Below, one piece after another: positions 1-10,950 of a stretch of 64,000 nucleotides of DNA (the first letter of the stretch is position 1; each line of letters starts with the position of its first letter). Made by a program: the position numbers and the translations under genes. The notes below the pieces were generated by a model. That model was not told the origin of the DNA. It was given only the letters and a program-made list of their open reading frames with translations, and searched no databases. Origin of the DNA: Nitrospirales bacterium (GTDB taxonomy: Bacteria; Nitrospirota; Nitrospiria; Nitrospirales; UBA8639). Location: NCBI GenBank assembly GCA_963555755.3, contig OY820905.2:736001-800000 (forward strand), in the 5' to 3' direction.

Positions 1-1544
1 ATGAACGTCAGATGTTGGCCTTCTTCTTACCCGAAGGCCCCTTGGAGTATTTCGAGCTGAGTCGAGGCACGAAGACGGCCCACGCGATCCACTTGGTACT
101 GGAAGAGAAGAATCACCCTCCGCTGGCGGATGCGCAGCCAGGCCCACGCGTCTGGTCCAAAGGATTCCAGGACAGCACCATCACCGATTGTCCCGCCAGG
201 GGCCGACCCGGTTCCCTCACGTTTCGCCGCCGGCGCTGGCAGGTGGAGGGCGAGCCCTCGCTTCTGAAGCGCGACATGGCTCTTACGGCCCCCGGGACAC
301 AACTGGCGACGGAATGTGCGGCTTTTGTAAAAGCACGCGGCTGCCCACAAGCCGCTGGCCTGGGCCACGATTGCCGAGGCTCATTTCCTGGATGTCAAGG
401 GGTTTGTGCGGCACTACCGCGAGCATCGCAGCGACGTCCCCACGTGGGAGGCGCGCACGCATGCCGCCGAATGGCTCGTGTGTCCGGAGAACGTGGGGAG
501 GCACGTGCGCCTTGCTGCAGTGGCAAGCAGCCAAGGCGAGCGCGACACCGTCCTCACGAACAACGCGCGCCACGGCAAGCACGGCGCGCTGGTTGCCATC
601 GTCAAGGGCCCCAAGACCGAGGTCGTCAGCGAGGGCTTGCGCCGGATCCCTGAATCCATACGAGAGACGGGCCAGCCCGTCACCCGCGATCTCGACGCGA
701 GTATGGCACAGCTTGCAACGGTCTGCTTCCCGAATGCGCAGCAGATCGAGGACCGCGTCCAGGTCCAGCAACGCGTTTCTGAAGCGTTCCAGGAAGTCCG
801 TGTGGCCTTGCGCAAGGAGGCGATCACGGACGACAACGCCCAGGTCAAAGCGGCTCGGGAACGTGGGAGCCACTACCAGGCCCCCCGCTACGAGAATGGG
901 GATACCCACAAGGCGGTACTGGCAAGAAGTCGCGACCTGCGGTTCAACCTAGAAACGGCAGTTGGGCGCAAAAAAGCCGTGTAAGCTATTGGTGTGCATG
1001 GTGAAATAAAAAAAGTCGTAGTCACCTTCGTGGTGATGAGACATTTTTTTATTTTGCCAGGTGCGCCAAGAGCTTGCGCGGACTTTTGTGATCCAACTGC
1101 CGTTTCTAGGTTCAAGGCGAGGAGCACATGGACCGCCTCACAGCAGGAACGGGGCGCCATGCTCTTCTGCGAGTATCCCGTGCGACAGAAAGCCTACAAC
1201 CGCTCCATGATGTTCCGGGGAATCTACGAATACTGTGAGACGCAAGGCCATGCCCACGAGAAGTTGCAGGAGTGGTACAACAAACTCGACACCTCCATTG
1301 AGATCCTGCCGGCCTTCGAGACGCCGATGCAGACGATCAAACTCCATGAGACAACCATCTTGCACTACTTTGATGGCCGGCGGACCAATGCCAGCGCTGA
1401 ATCGTTTCATGCAAAGATTAAGAATTTCCGTGCGCTGCAGCGAGGTGTCCGAGGGGTGCCCTTTTTCCTCTACCGCCTCGCGAAGATCTACGGCTAAGAA
1501 CATGAAGGATGGTACCCTGGCTCCACCAAAATTGCGATTGATCC
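1..1544 (+). mobile_element. Degenerate ISL3-family (ISAon1-like) IS; transposase frameshifted and interrupted by a MITE
   Basis: ORF pieces FLPEGPLEYFEL..RRRRW, WLVCPENVG..NGDTHKAVLARSR and RRTNASAESFHAKIKNFRALQRGVR are ISL3-type; ISL3-like right end ..GATTGATCC at about 1544. Confidence 0.85.
948..1110. mobile_element. 163-bp MITE inside the ISL3 transposase
   Basis: 18-bp TIR CCTAGAAACGGCAGTTGG; TTCAA direct repeat at 943-947 and 1111-1115; removing it restores the frame LRF-KARSTW. Confidence 0.9.
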
Positions 1545-1722
1545 CCGAAAACCAAATACCTTTAGACCAAACCTTTCTGCTATGTAGGGAAGAATTCATC
1601 GTATTGACTCACATCTTTTTCCCAACCAACGGACAACATATTTTTCAGGAAAAACTAGCAAGTTCCCAAACCCTTTGCCGTAATATTAAGGAGAAAGATT
1701 CTGTGAATTGATACAGACGGTT

Positions 1723-2178
1723 TTAAGCCGAGGCTTCGGTGGGAGATTTATGCAACCAATCCGGCTGTGGAGAAGGATCTTCCTTGGAAGTGATGTCCCA
1801 AGCGGAAGAAGGAACGGTGGTTGCTGAGGGAAACTGAGGGGAGGATGCTTGCCAAAAGAGTGCGGCGTCATCGGATTCAAACACTCGTAGAATTTTCGGG
1901 ATTTCGACTAGCTCAAGGATTTTTCGAACACTCGGTTTGGGGTGGACGAGGCTCAAGCAAATCCCCTTTTGTTTAAGCTGAAAGAATGTTACATACAATC
2001 GACCGATACCAGCAGTATCAATAGTAGAAATCTGCTCAAGATTAAACACCACATGGAGAACTTTCTGTTCCTGGCCACGTAGCATCGCCGTTTCCAATGC
2101 CGTATCGTTTTTCTGGTCGAAACGACCGGAAAGAGTGAGGATTAATGTTGAGGGATAAAATCGTTCGGTAACCAGCAT
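1723..2178 (-). CDS. STAS-domain anti-sigma-factor antagonist
   Basis: LILTLSGRFD..VVFNLEQISTIDTAGIGRL..LSLVHPKPSVRKILELV is STAS-like; start may instead be 2223. Confidence 0.8.
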   Translation of the reverse strand: MLVTERFYPSTLILTLSGRFDQKNDTALETAMLRGQEQKVLHVVFNLEQISTIDTAGIGRLYVTFFQLKQKGICLSLVHPKPSVRKILELVEIPKILRVFESDDAALFWQASSPQFPSATTVPSSAWDITSKEDPSPQPDWLHKSPTEASA

Positions 2179-2263
2179 AGACTCAAATTCCGCGAGTGTT
2201 GTAATAGGCTTATTCTCCCTCATTGAAACGACACACGTCAATACGCCATTTTCAGTACGTTTT

Positions 2264-2526
2264 GGGTCCGTCACGAAATAACCGGGACAATTGGCCGAGA
2301 CGATTTTGGAGCGAGCCAAGGAGCGAAGAGCGCGCATACCGGGAGTATGGAAGCGATGAGAGACGCCGACGGAGCCCAAAAGCGTCCGGCCCTCCGGGGA
2401 TGCCCATCTTTGGCCCGAGGCAGCGTTGCTCCTCGGTCACAGAGCCCCGCTATGCTCCCTCGTCGCGCCTTACCCCGATCACAAATCTGGGCCTCCCAAT
2501 TGTCCCGGTTATTTCGTGACGGACCC
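2264..2526. mobile_element. 263-bp MITE
   Basis: 31-bp perfect TIR GGGTCCGTCACGAAATAACCGGGACAATTGG; no credible coding capacity. Confidence 0.85.
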
Positions 2527-2547
2527 TTCCATCCCAATGACGGCATA

Positions 2548-2654
2548 TATAGCGTTTTAACCATTCGTTAAGACCCCCTCACCCTTGCCCTCTCCCCCAT
2601 TCCATGGGGGAGAGGGAATTGTAAGATGTCTTAGTCGAAGGTTAAAACACTATA
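2548..2654. repeat. Small inverted-repeat element enclosing a BoxC/REP-like hairpin
   Basis: Imperfect IR TATAGCGTTTTAACC..GGTTAAAACACTATA around CCCCTCACCCTTGCCCTCTCCCCC..GGGGGAGAGGG. Confidence 0.65.
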
Positions 2655-2796
2655 GTAGAAGGAGGTGATCACAGGGAAAATTGTTGGCAGGAAATATTCG
2701 TACATGGGAGGGATTGGGAAGGCATGCCCCTGAGAAGGCGAGATGCCCGACGCTTCACGTATCACGGTTCACGCCCACAAAATGTGAAATGGATTT

Positions 2797-3729
2797 TTAA
2801 CTGTGGGTACCGCTTGGACTGAGGCTCTGCAATAACGCGTTCAATCCCTCCGCTAAAGTAGCCTGGGGCGTATAGCCTAGCACTTCCCTGAGACGATCAT
2901 TGTAGGCGGCTGAATGCAGAATGTCCCCGTCTCGAGGGGCTTTATGCTCTACGTGTAGCGTTTGATTCACACAGGTCGAAAGCGTGTCGATCACCTGCAA
3001 CAGCGTCCACGCTTTCCCTGTGGCGATATTACAGGCTCCCGTCCCCGCCCCTTCCAGTGCGGCTCGGTTGGCTTGAGCAATATCTTTGACATAAATAAAA
3101 TCACGTGTCTGCAGACCATCCCCAAACACGACAAGAGGCTTATTCTCAGAAATCCGTTCAATGAATTTGCTGATGACGCCGGCATAGGGAGACTTGGGAT
3201 CTTGCCGCGGGCCAAAGACATTAAAGTATCGAAGTCCTATCGAACGAAACCCATATAACGATTCAAATAATGTCGCATATTGTTCGTTCACATATTTCTC
3301 CAACCCGTAGGGTGAAATCGGAGCGAGCGCACTTGTTTCAGATAACGGCACCTGTTCCGGCACCCCATACACCGCCGCACTGGAAGCATACACAAAACGC
3401 TGCACCTTATTTTGACAGGCCGCGTGTATGACATTCACAAAACCATAGATATTTTGCGTGCACGATGTTGGCGGATCTTCCACCGATGCTTGCACCGAGA
3501 CCTGGGCAGCCAAATGTAGAACATGCGTGACACCCTGCATGGCCGCGTTGACTTCCTGGGGATTCCGGATATCCCCAACCTGCAATTCTAATTGAGGATG
3601 ATACGGCAAATTCCCGCGATTCCCAGTGGATAAATTATCAAAAACACGAACCCAAGCCCCACCCTCCAATAACGCCTCAACGGAGTGAGACCCGATAAAC
3701 CCGGCTCCTCCTGTAACCAGTACCAACAT
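2797..3729 (-). CDS. NAD-dependent epimerase/dehydratase (UDP-sugar 4-epimerase-like, extended SDR)
   Basis: TGGAGFIG, HLAA, SSAAVYG, YGLEK (YxxxK), LRYFNVFGPRQDP. Confidence 0.92.
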   Translation of the reverse strand: MLVLVTGGAGFIGSHSVEALLEGGAWVRVFDNLSTGNRGNLPYHPQLELQVGDIRNPQEVNAAMQGVTHVLHLAAQVSVQASVEDPPTSCTQNIYGFVNVIHAACQNKVQRFVYASSAAVYGVPEQVPLSETSALAPISPYGLEKYVNEQYATLFESLYGFRSIGLRYFNVFGPRQDPKSPYAGVISKFIERISENKPLVVFGDGLQTRDFIYVKDIAQANRAALEGAGTGACNIATGKAWTLLQVIDTLSTCVNQTLHVEHKAPRDGDILHSAAYNDRLREVLGYTPQATLAEGLNALLQSLSPSGTHS

Positions 3730-3952
3730 GACACAACCCCTTTATTCTGGAGGCAAATTGAACATTTCCATTCCGGATGTTTTGGATTGACGAAAAACTT
3801 TGGAAATTCAAAGGTCTTACTTAATTGAATCGGTTAAAATTGCAGGAAAAATAAGGAAAAAATTGGGGAAAGAACCGAAAGAAACCCGGTCCAATAACTT
3901 GGAAATACTAAACTCTGTGGTTAAGAGATTCAGAAGAATTTGTAAGCGGCTC

Positions 3953-4657
3953 TTAAGAGGTATGTACACCGGTGAAAGCATCAACCATCGATCGAAATAA
4001 CAAGAGACCATCCTGATTGCCCAGAACAGTTTCGGCACAACGTTCCGGGTGGGGCATAATGCCTAAGACATTGCCTGCGGCATTGCGAATACCAGCGATG
4101 TTGTCGAGTGAGCCATTGGGATTAGCTTCTGGCGTGACTTGACCATCCGCCGTGCAATACCGAAACACCACTTGGGCATTAGCTTGAAGTGAAGACAACG
4201 TGACAGGATCGGTATAATAATTCCCTTCCGCATGGGCGATGGGAAGTTTCAAAATTTGTCCCGATTGACAGGCATTGGTAAACGGTGTCGCGGCGTTTTC
4301 AACTTTGACATAGACGTCTTCGCAGATAAAAGACAGGTCACGATTCCGCATCATCACCCCAGGAAGCAGCCCAACTTCAAGGAGAATTTGGAACCCGTTG
4401 CAGATTCCCAGGACTAATCCGCCTTTCGCCGCAAACAATTTTAGGGCTTCCATGATCGGCGAAAATTGCGCGATGGCTCCAGTGCGCAGGTAATCGCCAT
4501 ATGAAAATCCTCCTGGTACGATGACAGCATCTATGCCCTCTACCAATGTTTCTTGATGCCAAATTAATTGAACGTCTTCCCCCAAGCCCTCTGACACGGC
4601 ATGGGCACAATCGTGATCGCAGTTGGATCCAGGAAATACAAGAACGCCAAAATTCAT
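3953..4657 (-). CDS. purQ: Phosphoribosylformylglycinamidine synthase glutaminase subunit
   Basis: [31 protein letters not shown]. Confidence 0.97.
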   Translation of the reverse strand: MNFGVLVFPGSNCDHDCAHAVSEGLGEDVQLIWHQETLVEGIDAVIVPGGFSYGDYLRTGAIAQFSPIMEALKLFAAKGGLVLGICNGFQILLEVGLLPGVMMRNRDLSFICEDVYVKVENAATPFTNACQSGQILKLPIAHAEGNYYTDPVTLSSLQANAQVVFRYCTADGQVTPEANPNGSLDNIAGIRNAAGNVLGIMPHPERCAETVLGNQDGLLLFRSMVDAFTGVHTS

Positions 4658-4917
4658 GGTGTTGTGGAGGGGTTGGAAGTCTCGATTTCGTACCGGTAGT
4701 CTTCAATGATCGTATTGGCCAAAAGCTTTTCGCACATGGCTTTCAACTGAGATTCGGCTTGGGTGTGATCAGTATCCCCTAGCTCAATTTCAAGAAACTT
4801 ACCAACTCGTACATCATTAACTGTTGAGAAACCCAACGTAGCCAATGACTGTTGAATTGCGCGTCCTTGGGGATCTAAAATTCCTGATTTCAACGTCACA
4901 TGAATTTTCGCTTTCAT
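4654..4917 (-). CDS. purS: Phosphoribosylformylglycinamidine synthase PurS subunit
   Basis: [22 protein letters not shown]; overlaps the purQ start. Confidence 0.96.
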   Translation of the reverse strand: MKAKIHVTLKSGILDPQGRAIQQSLATLGFSTVNDVRVGKFLEIELGDTDHTQAESQLKAMCEKLLANTIIEDYRYEIETSNPSTTP

Positions 4918-4920
4918 GAT

Positions 4921-6270
4921 TTATGCACGTCCTTTTTTGCGTGTTGGCTTGGCGCTCTTCTTTTTTGTCATTCGCAACGTTCCGAACACTCGACGATATA
5001 CCTGAGGTAAGTTCTTTAGATACGCGTGCGGATCAAAACACGATTGAATGTCTGATGCGCGAAGTTTTCGACTGATGAACGGATCTTTGATAACCAGGTC
5101 TTGGAAATTTCCACGTCCTTGCCACGCATCCATCGCATTGCGTTGTACAGCCTCATAGGCGGCTTTCCGTTCAGCGCCACGATCCACTAAGGCCAGTAAC
5201 AAACGTTGGGAATAGATCAAGCCGCCGGTGAGGTGTAAATTTTTGAGCATCCGATCCGGGTATACCACCAAGTTGGTCAGCAGCTTGGTGAGACGAACTA
5301 GCATGTAATCAATCAGAATGTTGCTGTCTGGAACAATGATGCGTTCGACAGAGGAATGACTAATATCCCGCTCATGCCAGAGGGCGACATTTTCCAGGGC
5401 AGCTAGACTGTTACTGCGAATCACCCGGGCCAGGCCACAGAGATTTTCCGATCCCACGGGATTTCGCTTGTGCGGCATGGCCGAAGACCCTTTTTGACCT
5501 TCGCTAAAATATTCTTCGGCTTCTAATACCTCTGTCCGTTGAAGGTGTCGGATCTCGGTGGCCACCTTTTCTATGCTGGCAGCCAATAAAGCCAAAGCCG
5601 TGAGATAGGCTGCATGTCGATCTCGTTGGATTATTTGATTTGAGACCGGTGCCGGCTTTAACCCCAGTTTTTTACAAACCACAGATTCGATGCGTGGGGG
5701 TAAATGCGCGAACGTCCCCATGGCGCCGGATAATTTCCCGACCGCGATATCCTCACCTGCCGCAACAACCCGTTTACGATGGCGCTTAAACTCTTCAAAC
5801 CAGAGAGCAAACTTCACACCCAAGGAAATGGGTTCGCCATGAATTCCATGGGATCGCCCGACCATGATGGTCTCTTGGTGATCGATAGCCCGCTTCTCTA
5901 ACACTTCCAACAACAGATCAATGTCTTCGAGAATAATCCCGACGGACTCGACCAATTGAAGAGCTAGCCCTGTATCCAGGACGTCAGAAGAAGTCAACCC
6001 AGCATGAAGATGACGCGCCTTGGGACCTGCCTGCTCAGCCACGGCTTCCAAAAAGGCAATGACATCATGTTTGGTCACCTTCTCGATCTCATCAATGCGA
6101 TCTGGATCAAGCGTGACCTTCCGCCGGACATGAGCTGCCGTCCCCTTGGGAATTTTTTTTGCCTCCTCAAGGGCTTCGCAGGCAGCCAATTCGACTTGAA
6201 GCCAGGCATCATATTTACGGCGTTGAGTCCAGATTGCACCCATGCGGGGCAAGGTATACCGTTCAATCAT
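4921..6270 (-). CDS. purB: Adenylosuccinate lyase
   Basis: MIERY, TKHDVIAF, GSSAMPHKRNP signature, WHERDISHSSVER. Confidence 0.97.
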   Translation of the reverse strand: MIERYTLPRMGAIWTQRRKYDAWLQVELAACEALEEAKKIPKGTAAHVRRKVTLDPDRIDEIEKVTKHDVIAFLEAVAEQAGPKARHLHAGLTSSDVLDTGLALQLVESVGIILEDIDLLLEVLEKRAIDHQETIMVGRSHGIHGEPISLGVKFALWFEEFKRHRKRVVAAGEDIAVGKLSGAMGTFAHLPPRIESVVCKKLGLKPAPVSNQIIQRDRHAAYLTALALLAASIEKVATEIRHLQRTEVLEAEEYFSEGQKGSSAMPHKRNPVGSENLCGLARVIRSNSLAALENVALWHERDISHSSVERIIVPDSNILIDYMLVRLTKLLTNLVVYPDRMLKNLHLTGGLIYSQRLLLALVDRGAERKAAYEAVQRNAMDAWQGRGNFQDLVIKDPFISRKLRASDIQSCFDPHAYLKNLPQVYRRVFGTLRMTKKKSAKPTRKKGRA

Positions 6271-6304
6271 GCTTTGTTCCGTTTACAATGATGGGGTGGG
6301 AATA

Positions 6305-6439
6305 CGTAACTACTCAGGTGGATAGGCTGAAGGCCGACGGCTTTTAGGGAGCCAGCATGCGTGATCATACAAAACGTCGGACTGGATGATTAATAGCCTT
6401 CAGTCTTTAGCCTCCAGCCTCAATACCTGAGTAGTGACG
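6305..6439. repeat. MITE-like element, GTAACTACTCAG family, copy 1
   Basis: TIR CGTAACTACTCAGGT..ACCTGAGTAGTGACG; inverted homologue at 15462-15599. Confidence 0.8.
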
Positions 6440-6469
6440 GGGAAACTTATATAAAAACGAGGACATCGG

Positions 6470-6964
6470 TCACGTAATCATGGCTCGCTTCGCTTCAAGA
6501 CGTGGGTCGTGTTTTAAAATCTTATCCAAGATACCGTTCACAAAGCGCTTGGCATCATCATCCGCAAAACTCTTGGCCAATTGGAGGGCTTCATCAACCG
6601 TCACTTTTGCCGGAATATCTGAGATCCATACCAATTCATAAATGGCCTGACGAAGAATATTGCGATCCACAATGGGCATCCGATCGAGGGACCAGTTCTC
6701 GGAAGACTGCTCAATGAGTTGATCTAATTCCTCTTTTTGGGCCTGGACACCAGCAACAATCTGATTCGCAAATTCCCGAACCGATTTTGATGACCGCTGT
6801 TGCGCCCAGAAATCGTCTAGCCACCCCTCAGTCGTTCCGTGAAAATCGAGTTGAAACAGGATCTGCAACACCAGCTCTCTGGCACTGTGGCGTGTTAACG
6901 CAAGGGGAGTGTCAAATTCTGGTGTGTCGTTCACAGGTTCCACCAAGGGATTCAAAACTTTCAT
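6470..6964 (-). CDS. nusB: Transcription antitermination factor NusB
   Basis: RHSARELVLQILFQ, NWSLDRMPIVDRNILR, RFVNGILD; downstream of ribH. Confidence 0.95.
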   Translation of the reverse strand: MKVLNPLVEPVNDTPEFDTPLALTRHSARELVLQILFQLDFHGTTEGWLDDFWAQQRSSKSVREFANQIVAGVQAQKEELDQLIEQSSENWSLDRMPIVDRNILRQAIYELVWISDIPAKVTVDEALQLAKSFADDDAKRFVNGILDKILKHDPRLEAKRAMIT

Positions 6965-6967
6965 TTA

Positions 6968-7129
6968 GGAGCCTGTCCAAGATTAGACGGATCTACTGCG
7001 GGGGCGCTGGATTTGGCCAGATTTTCCGATCCTTTTCGTTGAATAACCCAACTATTCGCCTCAAACGATCGAAATATCTGACTCAAACCAGCTCCCCCTC
7101 GCTACGATCGCTAATCTCGGACAGGCTCC
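6968..7129. mobile_element. MITE, GGAGCCTGTCC family, copy 1
   Basis: TIR GGAGCCTGTCCAAGATTAG..CTAATCTCGGACAGGCTCC; second copy at 10687-10847. Confidence 0.85.
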
Positions 7130-7147
7130 CAGAGGCGATGGGGGAGG

Positions 7148-7651
7148 TTACGATTGACGGAATCCCGTAAGATTCCGATCACTATCTTGCAACACTTTCA
7201 TCAACGTGGCCATCTCAATGGCCGTTCGAGCTGCGACAGCACCACGATTCTTTTCAGGTCCCCCTGAACGTTCAAGGGCTTGCTCTGCCGTATTTGCCGT
7301 TAGCACACCAAACACAATAGGAATCCCCGTGTCCCAGGATGCCTGAGCAATCCCTCGACTCATTTCTGTACTGATGTAATCGAAATGCGGGGTCTCACCA
7401 CGAATGACCGCCCCGAGGCATATCACGGCATCATATTGACGAGACCGGGCTAACTGTTTGGCTAATAGCGGAATCTCAAACGCACCAGGAACACGCACGA
7501 CTTCGATGTTGTCTTCCTCCACGCCTTCCTTGTGGAGGGTTGCAAGAGCACTGCTCAGGAGTCGGCTGGTGACGAATTCATTAAAATTACTCACAACTAT
7601 ACCGATCCGGCACTCTTTCCCATCAAGACTTCCTTCTTTAATTTTTTGCAT
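7148..7651 (-). CDS. ribH: 6,7-dimethyl-8-ribityllumazine synthase
   Basis: VPGAFEIP, LGAVIRGETPHFDY, FGVLT. Confidence 0.97.
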   Translation of the reverse strand: MQKIKEGSLDGKECRIGIVVSNFNEFVTSRLLSSALATLHKEGVEEDNIEVVRVPGAFEIPLLAKQLARSRQYDAVICLGAVIRGETPHFDYISTEMSRGIAQASWDTGIPIVFGVLTANTAEQALERSGGPEKNRGAVAARTAIEMATLMKVLQDSDRNLTGFRQS

Positions 7652-7736
7652 TTAATAAATCCATAAAAACAAGTACTTACAATATAAAACTATACAACAA
7701 CATGAATATTTACTTTAATAATAACACGCCAGAAAT

Positions 7737-8939
7737 CTACACATTGTTCAGTAGATGTCCTAGCTTCGCCTTCTTGGTTTGAAGGTATCGAACATTGGAT
7801 TCTTTCGGATCAATTTCAATCGGAATCCGCTCAACCACATTCAGACCATACCCATCAATCCCGACGATCTTGCGTGGGTTATTCGTAATCAATCGAATCT
7901 GCTTTAAACCCAAGCTCACAAGAATTTGAGCCCCAATTCCATAATCACGAAGATCGGGCTTAAACCCGAGTTGAAGATTGGCCTCAACCGTATCACTGCC
8001 CTGGTCTTGCAAGCGATACGCCCGAATTTTGTTGAGCAAACCGATTCCCCTGCCCTCTTGGTTCAAATAGAGCACCACGCCCTTTCCTTCTTTTTCAATC
8101 ATCTCCATGGCTCGATGAAGCTGATCCCGGCAATCACATCGAAGGGATCCAAACACATCTGACGTCAGACATCCTGAGTGAACCCGGACGAGCGTTGGAG
8201 ACTCATCAATAGGCCCTTTAACCAAGGCAATATGGGTTCCACTATCCAATTCATTTTCAAACACCCTCGCCTCAAAGTTGCCAAAGATAGTAGGCAACTG
8301 AGCACTGACCGACTGCTTCACCAAGGTCTCACGTGACAGCCGATATTGGATCAGATCTTTAATCGTGATGAGTTTGAGCTGATGCGCTTTGGCGAAGGTG
8401 ACCAAATCCGGAACACGGGCCATGGTGCCGTCGTCATTCATGATTTCACAGATCACGCCCGCTGGGAACATACCGGCCAGACGTGCCAAATCTACCGAGC
8501 CTTCCGTTTGCCCTGCCCGTTTGAGCACTCCGCCATCATGGGCGCGAAGCGGAAAGATATGCCCGGGTTTTGTAAAATCAGAGGATTTGCACGTCCTATC
8601 GACAGCCATTCGAATAGTCGTGGCACGATCGGATGCGGAGATGCCCGTAGTCACATCTCGCGCGGCATCAATGGATATTGTAAATGCCGTGCCAAACGGT
8701 GCGGTATTTTCAACCGTCTGCGGGTGAAGCTGGAGTTCATCGGCACGAGTAGAGGTCAAGGTAAGACAGATCAGCCCTCTAGCATTTTTGGCCATGAAAT
8801 TGACGGCTTCGGGCGTCACGCATTCAGCCGCCATCACCAAATCCCCTTCATTTTCTCGGTCTTCGTCATCTACCAGAATGACGCATTTCCCATCCCGAAT
8901 ATCCTGAAGGGCTTCATCTATCGAATGAAACGGTTCCAC
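7737..8939 (-). CDS. ribBA: Bifunctional DHBP synthase / GTP cyclohydrolase II
   Basis: [44 protein letters not shown]. Confidence 0.97.
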   Translation of the reverse strand: MEPFHSIDEALQDIRDGKCVILVDDEDRENEGDLVMAAECVTPEAVNFMAKNARGLICLTLTSTRADELQLHPQTVENTAPFGTAFTISIDAARDVTTGISASDRATTIRMAVDRTCKSSDFTKPGHIFPLRAHDGGVLKRAGQTEGSVDLARLAGMFPAGVICEIMNDDGTMARVPDLVTFAKAHQLKLITIKDLIQYRLSRETLVKQSVSAQLPTIFGNFEARVFENELDSGTHIALVKGPIDESPTLVRVHSGCLTSDVFGSLRCDCRDQLHRAMEMIEKEGKGVVLYLNQEGRGIGLLNKIRAYRLQDQGSDTVEANLQLGFKPDLRDYGIGAQILVSLGLKQIRLITNNPRKIVGIDGYGLNVVERIPIEIDPKESNVRYLQTKKAKLGHLLNNV

Positions 8940-8971
8940 GCTACTGTCTTCCTCCTGTCATGTTCAGCTTA

Positions 8972-9119
8972 GGGGCCGCGCAAGGATACATCCCCCTGTT
9001 GGGGTGCTGAGACGCCTGCCTGGCAAGGCGCAAGGACTGCGCATACTCCTCGACGAGCAACGCCCCCAGACGGGATGGATCGACGCCCAAACGAGGGAGA
9101 GATATTCTTACGCAAACCC
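8972..9119. mobile_element. MITE, GGGTTCGCGCAAG family, degenerate copy
   Basis: Internal sequence nearly identical to 10537-10684 (GGCAAGGCGC..GGACTGCGCATACTCCT..GACGGGATGGATCGACGCCC). Confidence 0.8.
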
Positions 9120-9143
9120 TTATATGAGGTTTACTGGTCCCTG

Positions 9144-10358
9144 TCAATCTGAACTTTCTTTACTTAGCGTTTCAACAGATACCCGCAGCCATCGTTGCAT
9201 CACCAGGACACTTATTGCGGCCACACCAGAAAATAGCCCGAAAATCAGAAACCCACCGGCATAGGTTCCTGTGAAATCTTTGAGTAACCCAAACCATGAT
9301 GGAAGCAGAAATCCCCCAATTGCTCCAGCTGCCCCTATAAAACCCGAAGCCGTTCCCATCACCCCCTGGAATCGTAATGAGACAACCTGAAACACCACCC
9401 CATTTCCGAAGCCAAGAAATAACAGGGTTGAAAAAATTAAGGGTAACGAAAAAATAAGGGGAAACAGCCCACATAAAAAAACACTCAGGATGGCGGTCAT
9501 TGGGAAAACCGCTAAGAGAAGGCCGATTCCTCCTACCCGGTCAGCAACATAACCTCCCACAGGCCTTGCCAAACTTCCGGCTAATCCGCACATGGCGGTA
9601 ATGGTCCCAGCGGATACCATATCCAACTGATATTGGTCGTGAAAAAAAATAGGCAGAAAGCTTGAAAAACCGACAAATCCCCCAAAGGTCACCGCGTACA
9701 GAAAACACAGCCAGTACATCATGGGTTGTTGAAGAACGGACCGGACGGACAAAGAAGCCCGTGGCGTCACGTGAAAGGTAGCTTGGCCGAAGCCATCGGG
9801 AACAAGGAAATAAAATAGGACGGCCGTGATGACGACGGGAATAATCATGACGCCAAATGTCCCATGCCACCCTATCAACTCAGCGATTCGAGGACCAAAG
9901 AAGGTGGCCAGCAACACACCACTATTCCCGATAGCTGCGACCCCCATCGCCAGCCCTTGACGTTCCGGGGGATAAGCCCGACTCGCGAGTGGCAAGGCAA
10001 TGGCAAAACTTGCTCCGGCAAATCCTAGCAGCAACCCCACGCCCAACATGTGAAAATAGTTCTGCCCGAACCGCCAACCTAAAACCAGGGCTACCACTTC
10101 AAGCCCTAACAGAGCCATTCCGACCCGTTTGGCGCCAAACTGATCGGCAAACGGACCAACCACCATTCTCAGAAGAGCCCCGCCTAATAAAGGGACTCCC
10201 ACGAGAAATCCTTTTTGTGTGGCACTGAGGTCAAAATCTTGGGCAATCGCCACCCCCAACGCCCCAACCAAAAGCCACACCATAAAGCTGACTTCAAAAT
10301 GCAGCCAGGCCCCGAGCAATGACGGCCAATGTCCGTCTTTTAAGGCTTGCAGTCTCAT
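9144..10358 (-). CDS. MFS nitrate/nitrite transporter (NarK/NasA type)
   Basis: GHWPSLL..FEVSFMVW, GFAGASFAIALP, YAVTFGGFVG, GFGNGVVFQ; about 12 hydrophobic segments. Confidence 0.88.
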   Translation of the reverse strand: MRLQALKDGHWPSLLGAWLHFEVSFMVWLLVGALGVAIAQDFDLSATQKGFLVGVPLLGGALLRMVVGPFADQFGAKRVGMALLGLEVVALVLGWRFGQNYFHMLGVGLLLGFAGASFAIALPLASRAYPPERQGLAMGVAAIGNSGVLLATFFGPRIAELIGWHGTFGVMIIPVVITAVLFYFLVPDGFGQATFHVTPRASLSVRSVLQQPMMYWLCFLYAVTFGGFVGFSSFLPIFFHDQYQLDMVSAGTITAMCGLAGSLARPVGGYVADRVGGIGLLLAVFPMTAILSVFLCGLFPLIFSLPLIFSTLLFLGFGNGVVFQVVSLRFQGVMGTASGFIGAAGAIGGFLLPSWFGLLKDFTGTYAGGFLIFGLFSGVAAISVLVMQRWLRVSVETLSKESSD

Positions 10359-10536
10359 GATCCAAAAACCTTCAGGCTTCCAAAAACGGTGAAGCTAGGT
10401 TCTCCCCAAAACACATCAAAACGTGGAATTCACAGCTTTCGCTGCATTTCATTCTGCTCTGATCCCTGCTTCAACACGCGTGAGTATTATAGAAGATCTG
10501 GTTTTGCTATCGCAATTCAATATGCGTTGGTAAGAA

Positions 10537-10684
10537 GGGTTCGCGCAAGAATAACTTCCCCTTTTTTGGTGCTGAGACACCTGTCTGGCAAGGCGCGAGG
10601 ACTGCGCATACTCCTAGGACGAGCAACGCCGCCAGACGGGATGGATCGACGCCCAAAAAGGGGAAGTTATTTTTGCGCGAACCC
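10537..10684. mobile_element. MITE, GGGTTCGCGCAAG family
   Basis: TIR GGGTTCGCGCAAGAATAACTTCCCC..GGGGAAGTTATTTTTGCGCGAACCC. Confidence 0.85.
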
Positions 10685-10686
10685 TA

Positions 10687-10847
10687 GGAGCCTGTCCAAG
10701 ATTAGGAATGTTGCGAGGGTGCGCTGGATTTGGCCAGATCTTCCGATCCTTTTCGTTAAATAGGCACCACTATTCGCCTCAAACGATCGAAACATCTGAC
10801 TCAAACCAGCACCCCCTCGCAACGATCCCTAATCTTGGACAGGCTCC
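10687..10847. mobile_element. MITE, GGAGCCTGTCC family, copy 2
   Basis: Perfect TIR GGAGCCTGTCCAAGATTAGG; flanked by TA on both sides. Confidence 0.88.
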
Positions 10848-10950
10848 TAGGGGTATACCCGGCAGATCTTTGTCATTCCGTCAAATGGTGTATATTATTT
10901 TCTAAGAATTTCGTACATTTCACAAAACTCTCTTAACGAAAAACGCTGAG

